In this document: positions 57,195 through 64,000 of the stretch, one piece after another
How positions within the stretch are numbered: position 1 is the stretch's first letter
Layout: each line of letters begins with the position of its first letter
Origin: Pseudomonadota bacterium
GTDB taxonomy: Bacteria; Desulfobacterota; Desulfobacteria; Desulfobacterales; JBDRRP01
Direction of reading: 5' to 3'
Length of the DNA: 64,000 nt
Assembly: GCA_043825735.1 (NCBI GenBank)
Contig: JBDRRP010000040.1
Span: forward strand, 62,001 to 126,000
The notes under the pieces: generated by a model
Told to the model about the DNA's origin: nothing
What the model saw: only the letters and a program-made list of their open reading frames with translations
Database searches by the model: none
Translations under genes and position numbers: made by a program

Positions 57195-57229
57195 GGGGTC
57201 TGAAGATGTCTTCAGACCCTTTTTCTTTA
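57195..57229 (+). terminator. Riboswitch-associated terminator
   Basis: gggtctgaaga-tg-tcttcagaccc followed by T-rich tail. Confidence 0.85.
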
Positions 57230-57248
57230 TGCGCGGGTGGTCAAGGTT

Positions 57249-57381
57249 GATGAAACCTTAAGAAGTGATTTTGAACTACAGAGACCACAGAGGACCACAG
57301 AGAATATTATGAATAATTATTGAGTTGTCTCTGCGCGCTCTGCGTCCTCTGTGGTGATTTCAAACTTTTTTCGAGTTTTTC
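57249..57381. mobile_element. 133-bp MITE, copy 5
   Basis: Aligns with copy 4; flanks AAGGTT/AAGATT. Confidence 0.85.
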
Positions 57382-57415
57382 AAGATTATTGACTGTGGCG
57401 ATGGGATTTTGTGTG

Positions 57416-58420
57416 ATGTTGACCGGATCTAAAGGGTGGCGGATCACCATTGCGGCGATACTGGCCTGCACCATTTGGGCGGCTGCGGCCGGTGCCGATG
57501 ATGCCGCCCCCGGTGATTATTCCCTGGTCATCGCCGAGGATGCCACCACTGTCACCTATCGCAACGCCGACGGACAGGCCGTGCAGATCCGGAAACACGC
57601 CAAGCGCACCGTGGCGCTGCTCACCTCTTTGCTGGATCTGTGGATCGAGGCCGGCGGCACGGCCGTGGGCAGAAACAGCACCCGGCAGTTCGTACCCGAG
57701 CATCTGAGGAATCTGCCCGAGGTGGGCTCGTTTGCCAATCTCAACGTAGAGCGCCTCCTGGTATTGAACCCGGATCTGGTCATCTCCGCCGATCTGGGAA
57801 ATATCCGTGCCGTCATGCCGATGCTGGAAGCCAACCATACCGACATCGCGCTGTTCGACTACACCAACTACTACGACTATCGGGCCATTTTCGAACTTTT
57901 CGGCAAGCTCAACGGCACCGAGGCCCGCTGCCGGGCCGCTCTTGCCGGCGTGCAAAAGGCCGTGGACGACATTGTCGGGAAGGTGCGCGGTCTGGCCCCG
58001 CCCAAGGTGTTGATCATTTTCGCAACACCCAACATCGTCAACAGTGAACTGCCCAATTCCAATACCGGCGTCATGCTGGAAATGCTGGGCGGGATCAATA
58101 TCGTCGCGCACGCCCGCTTCGGCAAGCGGATGCGGGTCAATTTCAGCCTCGAGCGGATCGTGGAGATGGACCCGGACCTGATTCTGGTCAACACCATGGG
58201 AGACATCGGCAAGTCAAAGGACAGGCTCACGCGCGATCTCACGGAAAATGCGGCCTGGGCCACCCTGCGGGCGGTCCGGGAAAACCGCATCCACCTGCTG
58301 CCCAAGGAGCTTTTTCTTTACAAGCCCAATGCCGATTTCCCGCGGTCGTTGCAGTATCTGGCCGCCATCATGTACCCGGACGCCTTCCCTGCGGGGACCG
58401 CCGCTGCAGAAGGCAACTGA
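57416..58420 (+). CDS. btuF: Cobalamin/Fe-siderophore ABC substrate-binding protein (start may be 57401)
   Basis: Signal peptide, NVERLLVLNPDLV, SLERIVEMDPDLI, AVRENRIH; B12 riboswitch upstream. Confidence 0.8.
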   Translation: MLTGSKGWRITIAAILACTIWAAAAGADDAAPGDYSLVIAEDATTVTYRNADGQAVQIRKHAKRTVALLTSLLDLWIEAGGTAVGRNSTRQFVPEHLRNLPEVGSFANLNVERLLVLNPDLVISADLGNIRAVMPMLEANHTDIALFDYTNYYDYRAIFELFGKLNGTEARCRAALAGVQKAVDDIVGKVRGLAPPKVLIIFATPNIVNSELPNSNTGVMLEMLGGINIVAHARFGKRMRVNFSLERIVEMDPDLILVNTMGDIGKSKDRLTRDLTENAAWATLRAVRENRIHLLPKELFLYKPNADFPRSLQYLAAIMYPDAFPAGTAAAEGN

Positions 58421-58434
58421 AGGAGTCGCGCCCC

Positions 58435-59469
58435 ATGCCGGACACCGTCCCGAGCGCCACCCGGAGCGTGCTTCGCAGCCGGCGCAGCTACCGACTGGGG
58501 GTTTTGTTCGCGCTTGCGCTGCTGTGCGTGGCGGCCTTTTTCCTGAGTGTTTATCTGGGAACGCTGACACTCACGCCCGGAGACGTTCTCGCCGTGTTGT
58601 GGGGTGACGGCGACACCGCCGGGATTCGGCACCAGATCATCTGGAACATCCGGTTGCCGCGGACACTGGTGGCCGCCCTGGTGGGTATGTGCCTGAGCCT
58701 CTCGGGGTGTCTGCTGCAGGGGGTCATGCGAAACCCGCTTGCGGCCCCGCATCTGATCGGCGTGTCGGCCGGGGCCGGTCTTGCCGGGGTGATCATTCTG
58801 ATCATCTTTCCGGCCACGACCTACCTGCTCACGCCGGTGACCTTTATCGGGGCGCTGGTGACCACCGTGCTCATCTATCTGCTGGCCTGGCAGCAGGGGT
58901 TGAAACCGGTCCGTCTGATCCTGGCGGGGGTGGCGGTGTCGTCCTTTCTGGGGGCCTGGATCACGGCACTCATGCTGTTTTTCCCGGATCGGGTGCACAG
59001 CGTGCTGGGATTCATGGTGGGGGGGCTGGCCGCACGCACCTGGCAGCACCTGTTTATCATCCTGCCCTACGCGGTGGGCGGTTTTATCCTGGTGCTCGGC
59101 TGCGCCGGCCGCCTGAACCTGCTCATGCTCGGTGACGAGATGGCCCAGAGTCTGGGAATCCACGTGGAGCGCACCCGACTGGTGCTCATCGCCCTGGCCG
59201 CGCTGCTGGCCGCCAGTGCGGTGAGCGTGGCCGGGCTGCTGGGGTTTGTGGGGCTCATGGTGCCGCATATGACCCGGATGATTATCGGCAGCGACCACCG
59301 GTATCTGATTCCCGGCTGCGCGCTCACCGGGGCCGCGCTGCTCATGGCCTGCGACACGCTGGCCCGGGTGGCGCTGGATCCGGTGGAAGTGCCGGTGGGG
59401 GTTATCATGGCCCTGCTGGGGGCGCCCTTTTTTCTTTACCTGCTCAGAACCGATTTTCAACGCCGGTAG
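58435..59469 (+). CDS. btuC: BtuC/FecCD permease
   Basis: IRLPR, RNPLA, LGDEMAQSLG, GFVGLMVPH, GAPFF. Confidence 0.88.
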   Translation: MPDTVPSATRSVLRSRRSYRLGVLFALALLCVAAFFLSVYLGTLTLTPGDVLAVLWGDGDTAGIRHQIIWNIRLPRTLVAALVGMCLSLSGCLLQGVMRNPLAAPHLIGVSAGAGLAGVIILIIFPATTYLLTPVTFIGALVTTVLIYLLAWQQGLKPVRLILAGVAVSSFLGAWITALMLFFPDRVHSVLGFMVGGLAARTWQHLFIILPYAVGGFILVLGCAGRLNLLMLGDEMAQSLGIHVERTRLVLIALAALLAASAVSVAGLLGFVGLMVPHMTRMIIGSDHRYLIPGCALTGAALLMACDTLARVALDPVEVPVGVIMALLGAPFFLYLLRTDFQRR

Positions 59470-59474
59470 CCGTC

Positions 59475-60281
59475 ATGCAGATCGATCTCACCACTGTCAG
59501 CGCGGGATACGGCAAATCGCCCGATGTGCTCCGGGACATTTCCCTTAAGATCCCCAAAGGCGCGTTCGTGACCCTTATCGGGCCAAACGGCTCGGGCAAA
59601 TCGACCCTGCTTCGCGTAATTGCGGCCGTGCTGCGGCCCCGCAGCGGCAGTGCCACCATGGACGGACGCGCGCTGAGTGGCATTCCGCCGCGGCAACTTG
59701 CCCGGCGAATTTCTTTTTTGCCCCAGCAGCCGATCACTCCTGCGGAGTTTACCGTGCGGGATCTGGTGAGCTACGGGCGCCACCCCTATCTGGGGTGGAT
59801 GGGCCGCATGCAGCCCGGCGACTGGTCTGTGGTGGACTGGGCCTGCGAGATGACCCGGCTTACCGATCTGCAGGATCGTCTCGTGGGTACCCTGTCCGGC
59901 GGTGAGCGTCAGCGCGCCTGGTTGGCCTTATCCCTGGCCCAGCAATCGGACCTGCTGCTTTTGGACGAGCCCACCACGTTTCTCGACATCTGCTATCAAC
60001 TGGAGATCCTCGAGCTGGTGCGGCGCTTAAACGAGACACTCGGCATGAGCGTGGTAATGGTGCTCCACGATCTCAACCAGGCCGCCCGCTACAGTCACCG
60101 GATGCTGGCCTTGAAGGATGGCATGCTGGTGGCCGAAGGGGCTCCCGATGAAGTGATGACGCCGGCGTTTTTGCGTGATGTCTTCCGCATCGATGCGCGT
60201 CTTCACCGCGATGAAGCCCTGAACTGCCCGGTCATGGTGCCGGTGAGAAGTCTTATCGAAAAACGGAATCGCCATGGATGA
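59475..60281 (+). CDS. btuD: ABC ATPase, BtuD/FecE type
   Basis: GPNGSGKST, LSGGERQR, LDEPT, VLHDLN. Confidence 0.9.
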   Translation: MQIDLTTVSAGYGKSPDVLRDISLKIPKGAFVTLIGPNGSGKSTLLRVIAAVLRPRSGSATMDGRALSGIPPRQLARRISFLPQQPITPAEFTVRDLVSYGRHPYLGWMGRMQPGDWSVVDWACEMTRLTDLQDRLVGTLSGGERQRAWLALSLAQQSDLLLLDEPTTFLDICYQLEILELVRRLNETLGMSVVMVLHDLNQAARYSHRMLALKDGMLVAEGAPDEVMTPAFLRDVFRIDARLHRDEALNCPVMVPVRSLIEKRNRHG

Positions 60282-60642
60282 CTCTGATTGTTTCAAAAAT
60301 TGCCCCATCTGTAGCCGATGCTGGCCGACCCGGGAGGCGTTTCTTGCCGACCCGGATCTGTCCTACCTTGGTTACCAGGTGCATTTCAAAGCCCTGACCA
60401 CCGGTCTCTTTTTTTTCAACCACAAGTGCAAGACCACCCTCGCCCTTGAGGTGAGACAGTTTCAGGATCTTTACGATGGTCCGGTTTTCAGTGAACGGAA
60501 AACCGGCACGGATGAGTGTCCGGGCCATTGCCTTCACAGGGACAATCTGGAACCTTGCCCCGCCCAGTGCGAGTGCGCCTTCGTCAGGGAATTGATTCAG
60601 ATCATCGCGTCCTGGCCCAAGGCATCGGGCCCTGCCAGATAA
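60274..60642 (+). CDS. Cys-rich hypothetical protein
   Basis: 10 Cys in 122 aa; overlaps the btuD stop by 8 nt. Confidence 0.7.
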   Translation: MDDSDCFKNCPICSRCWPTREAFLADPDLSYLGYQVHFKALTTGLFFFNHKCKTTLALEVRQFQDLYDGPVFSERKTGTDECPGHCLHRDNLEPCPAQCECAFVRELIQIIASWPKASGPAR

Positions 60643-60721
60643 AGATAACATCCGCCATAAGTATACATACATATCTTGCCGCATGCGGATAAACACCAAC
60701 GTGTCAGTCATGGCATGGCTG

Positions 60722-60778
60722 TTGACAGGTCAAGGTGAAGGCACTAAATATTAAATAATGAAAACAAGGAAACAAGGA
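60722..60778 (+). promoter_or_regulatory. TA promoter with direct-repeat operator candidate
   Basis: TTGACA-N17-TAAATA; AAACAAGG twice. Confidence 0.6.
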
Positions 60779-60786
60779 ATCCTTTA

Positions 60787-61014
60787 ATGCTTGCCAAGCT
60801 GACATCCAAAAATCAGATCACTATTCCCAAAAAGATCATGGCCCAACTGCCTGATGTGACATATTTCGATCTGGAATACCGGGAGGGCGCCGTGATCATG
60901 AAACCCGCGGCGGTTTACGAAACGAATTTGGAGCAGATCCGCGCAAAGGTGAAGCAACTTGGCCTGACGCCGGATTCCGTGTGCGAAGCGGTCGCATGGG
61001 CGCGAAAAAAATAG
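60787..61014 (+). CDS. AbrB/MazE-fold antitoxin
   Basis: KLTSKNQITIPK. Confidence 0.88.
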   Translation: MLAKLTSKNQITIPKKIMAQLPDVTYFDLEYREGAVIMKPAAVYETNLEQIRAKVKQLGLTPDSVCEAVAWARKK

Positions 61015-61421
61015 TGCGAGTGGTCATTGATACCAACGTTGTGGTATCGGCACTGCTGATCGGTGGCACTCCTGGAAAGCTGGTTCAGCTCTGGGAAACA
61101 GGCCGCATTCAACCTGTTGCCTCCCCGGTCATCATCGACGAATATCTGCGCGTGCTGGCCTACCCGCGCTTTCAGCTGCGTGAAGCCGAGATTGAATACC
61201 TTCTCTATCGACGAATCCTGCCCCATTTTGAGATCGTGACACCAGAATCAGGGCCACCCGTCATCGCCGAGGATCTTACCGACGATGCCTTTCTCTACTG
61301 CGCCGCCGCCGCCGGAGCAGCGGCCATCATCTCCGGTGACCGCCATTTGCTGGCCTTGGGCACTTTTCAAGGGATGCCGATTGTCACGCCGGCGGCTTTC
61401 AAGGTCCCCGTCCACAAATAG
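61014..61421 (+). CDS. PIN-family toxin
   Basis: VVIDTNVVVSAL, EYLRVL, DDAFL, ISGDRHLL; TAGTG overlap with antitoxin. Confidence 0.88.
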   Translation: MRVVIDTNVVVSALLIGGTPGKLVQLWETGRIQPVASPVIIDEYLRVLAYPRFQLREAEIEYLLYRRILPHFEIVTPESGPPVIAEDLTDDAFLYCAAAAGAAAIISGDRHLLALGTFQGMPIVTPAAFKVPVHK

Positions 61422-61437
61422 CATGTTACGGACATGC

Positions 61438-61482
61438 CGAATGCTCCAGTGGGTTTCTTGCCACAGTGATTTCGTGGTGATC
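61438..61482. repeat. Collapsed copy of the CCAGTGGG-ended repeat
   Basis: aatgctccagtgggtttcttgccacagtgat joined directly to cgtggtgat. Confidence 0.65.
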
Positions 61483-61519
61483 TAGCTCGTGAGGAGAAGA
61501 GAATGAATGGCTGGGTAGT

Positions 61520-62275
61520 CTAAAAGAATAGATATTGAGATTCTGGCGCCGGGGAGGGCATGACGCGGACGTCGTCTGCGGTGATGACGGGCAGATCCCG
61601 GCCGTTGATGGGGGTGACGTGCAGGGTGCCCGTCACCCGGACCCAGTGCTCGTTTTCGATGGCGGGCGCCGGTCCCTTGTCAACCAGCACCCAGATGGGG
61701 ATGGCATCGGCCGCGCAGCAGTAAATGCCGAAGCGAAAGAGCAACAGGAACTGGGGCGGCATGTTGGCGTCGCTGTAGACCATGCCTTCAGTGACAACGT
61801 GACTGCCGTTTAGATGCTTCATGTTGCGGGCGATCTGCAGCAGGGATCGCTCGGGAAAGGTTCCATCGGCGGTGGCACCGGCGCCGTTGCCGGATTCCTG
61901 GAACATCCGGAATGCGTCGCCGGCCGTGGCCACGGTTTTTTTCGACAGGGCCTGCACCCCCATCCCCTGGCCGGCCACCATGCTCATGAACAGCACGGGA
62001 GTAAGGAGCACCATCGATTTGATGAGTGCGGCCCACCACCGTGCGTGCGGTTGATGGCCATGCGTGTTTACCGCAACGGCTGCGGCAAAACCGCAAAGAA
62101 TCGCTGCCCCAGCGGCGAGAAAGGGCCGAAACCGGGGGTGGAGAAATGCGGTGTCGTGCCCGCCCAGCAGCAGCCACCCCAGTGCCCCCAGCAGCACCAA
62201 AAACATCAGTGCGGTGCCGGCGCTGCCGAGAGTGTCATTTCGGTGCTGGTTTAAATGCGTCATCCGGTGAGCCAT
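61520..62275 (-). CDS. DUF1980/YcgQ-type permease partner
   Basis: FLHPR, three TM segments, RFGIYCCAADA, WVRVTG. Confidence 0.85.
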   Translation of the reverse strand: MAHRMTHLNQHRNDTLGSAGTALMFLVLLGALGWLLLGGHDTAFLHPRFRPFLAAGAAILCGFAAAVAVNTHGHQPHARWWAALIKSMVLLTPVLFMSMVAGQGMGVQALSKKTVATAGDAFRMFQESGNGAGATADGTFPERSLLQIARNMKHLNGSHVVTEGMVYSDANMPPQFLLLFRFGIYCCAADAIPIWVLVDKGPAPAIENEHWVRVTGTLHVTPINGRDLPVITADDVRVMPSPAPESQYLFF

Positions 62276-63300
62276 CCGTAAGCGAGCAGGGTCAGAAAAA
62301 CCGCTGAGACGGTAAAGCCCGCCAGAGCGGCGACGGCGCGTTTTCGAAAGACGCTGAGCGCATTCAGAACGAGCTTCATATCGAGCATGGGCCCCAGGAC
62401 CATGAAGGCCATTTGGGCCGTCATGGGCAGGGTGGTCCGGAATGCGGCTGCCACAAAGGCATCGGCTTCACTGCACAGGTTGAGCACGACGGCCAGAATC
62501 ATCATGGCCGCGATGGACAGTGGCATCGACCCTGCCACAGCGGCAAATGCGTTCCGTGCCACCAGAGCCTGTAGCAATCCAGCGATGAAGGCGCCGAAAA
62601 CAAGAAAGCGGCCCATATCCAGAAAGTCGGCGCTGCCATGGCGCAGGGCCTGGATCAGTCGGGCAGACCGGGACGTCGACACGATATGACCCGCTGGGGA
62701 TTCGGCTTCGAAGGGCGCCGGAATCACTGCCGCATTTTTCGAAAAGAGCCGGTCCATCACCAGTCCGATGGTTGCCGCGACGCCGTATCCCAAAAGCAGG
62801 CGATGGATGGCGATGGTGCTGCTGCCGCCATAGGCGACAGTGGTGGAAATGAATACCAGCGGATTGACGATCGGCGCCCCGAGCAAAAAGGCGACGGCTG
62901 CACCCAAGGGCAGGCCCTTGCCCAGCAGACGGCGCACCACGGGCACGATGGCGCATTCGCAGACGGGCAGCAGCAGCCCGGCGGCGGCGGCCAGAAAAAT
63001 CGCCTGCGAGCGCTTCGGCGAAAGGCGGCGCGCCAGCGCTTCCTGGGAGACGAAAACTTCGATGCATCCGCCCAGAAGTGCCCCAAGGAGCATGAAGGGC
63101 AGCGCCTCGAAGAAGATGGAGACAAAGGTGATGCCCAGTGTGATGACGGCCGGTGAGTGACGGTAGCGCGTTGCCAGAAGGATTACGGCGGCCACGAACG
63201 CCAGGTGAGAGAATAAAAACACGGCGTCCGCGACCGCGTGCCGAGGGGGGGCGGCGTGCGCCGGGGAATGCGGCATTTTAAATTCGTTCATAATACTCAA
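62260..63300 (-). CDS. DUF318/YcgR-type permease
   Basis: EALPF, PVCECAIVP, CSEADAFVA, GPMLDMK. Confidence 0.88.
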   Translation of the reverse strand: MSIMNEFKMPHSPAHAAPPRHAVADAVFLFSHLAFVAAVILLATRYRHSPAVITLGITFVSIFFEALPFMLLGALLGGCIEVFVSQEALARRLSPKRSQAIFLAAAAGLLLPVCECAIVPVVRRLLGKGLPLGAAVAFLLGAPIVNPLVFISTTVAYGGSSTIAIHRLLLGYGVAATIGLVMDRLFSKNAAVIPAPFEAESPAGHIVSTSRSARLIQALRHGSADFLDMGRFLVFGAFIAGLLQALVARNAFAAVAGSMPLSIAAMMILAVVLNLCSEADAFVAAAFRTTLPMTAQMAFMVLGPMLDMKLVLNALSVFRKRAVAALAGFTVSAVFLTLLAYGWLTG

Positions 63301-63303
63301 TCC

Positions 63304-63419
63304 GACGTTACTCGCGCCATCGCGCGTAAAACCACGAAGAATACGAAGTGCACGAACAAAAACATGAAAACAACGGGATTAATAAAACCTTCGTGTCCTT
63401 CGTGAACTTCGTGGTGATC
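63304..63419. repeat. CACGAAG-type repeat, copy 2
   Basis: Same architecture as 1089-1192 including the GACGTTAC leader. Confidence 0.85.
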
Positions 63420-63455
63420 CAAAATAACATTGAGACAATGCTGTTGAGAGAGCAC

Positions 63456-63884
63456 TCACTTGATACAGTTTTTACAGATGCCGTCCACGCGCACTTCCAC
63501 TTTGTCGATGCGCCCCGGAAAGGTCTTCCACAGGGCGTCGGTATCCACCGGAAGACTTTCCGGGGTCAGACAATCCATCTGCCCGCAGCGGGTGCAGTAG
63601 AAATGCGGGTGAGGACGGTGGTGGGCGTTGGGCGCCAGTCCGTAGTAGAAGGACCTGCCGCCGGTGCTGATGCGGTCTACGACGCCCTTTTCTACCAGCA
63701 GATCGAGGATGCGGTAGACCGTTACCCGGTTGATGGCGCTGCTGCGCGCCATCGTGGCGAAAATATCGGCGGCCGACAGGGGATAGGTGTTGTTGCCGAT
63801 AACTTCCAGAACGCCCCTTCGGTTGTCGGTGGCGTCGATGCCCGATCGCTTGAGAATGTCTTCATAATTGCATCGATGACACAT
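63456..63884 (-). CDS. zur: Fur-family regulator, probably Zur
   Basis: TVYRILD, HPHFYCTRCG, CKNC; coupled to znuB-like gene. Confidence 0.8.
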   Translation of the reverse strand: MCHRCNYEDILKRSGIDATDNRRGVLEVIGNNTYPLSAADIFATMARSSAINRVTVYRILDLLVEKGVVDRISTGGRSFYYGLAPNAHHRPHPHFYCTRCGQMDCLTPESLPVDTDALWKTFPGRIDKVEVRVDGICKNCIK

Positions 63885-64000
63885 CAGATCCCCCTTGCGG
63901 CGGTTTGCATCGATTTTACCTTTTCTACCAGCAGCGCCAGAAAGAAGGCCGCCCCGGCCACCGCGATGATGGTCGCCCCCGAGGTGAGATCGAAGGCATA
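63884..64000 (-). CDS. znuB: C-terminus of a ZnuB-type metal ABC permease (partial)
   Basis: YAFDLTSGATIIAVAGAAFFLALL...stop; TGATG overlap with the Fur gene. Confidence 0.7.
   Translation of the reverse strand, partial: YAFDLTSGATIIAVAGAAFFLALLVEKVKSMQTAARGI

Overview
GC-rich bacterial chromosome segment; gene content (hcp/hcpR, Dsr-like protein, several sigma54 promoters, PAS kinases) points to a sulfate-reducing Desulfobacterota, probably Desulfobacterales (inference). Left to right: HcpR-hcp nitrosative-stress cluster, cheR, a sulfite-reductase-like protein, HU, phoH, REC-GGDEF-EAL, an SCP2-E1alpha-E1beta triple fusion, cls, tsaA, a sigma54-type cusCBA Cu/Ag efflux cluster followed by an adenylate cyclase, signalling genes, a TorF-like porin, HDAC, plsB, two PIN toxin-antitoxin pairs, ppk2/pap, an LRR + secreted-protein cassette, lsrF-adh-VOC, gene debris, aconitase, a cobalamin riboswitch-btuFCD operon and a znuB-zur-permease cluster. 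Intergenic DNA is dense in non-autonomous palindromic elements. Strongest sequence-level findings: a 133-bp MITE family (four full copies plus one degenerate) with 6-bp AWNNTT target duplications, including a matched empty/filled pair and a related element that split an ATGA gene junction; a 51-aa, 9-Cys peptide gene behind a sigma54-like promoter; the SCP2-E1 fusion; and a candidate sRNA upstream of phoH. No transposase, tRNA, rRNA or CRISPR array was seen. All family assignments come from motif recognition, not database searches.
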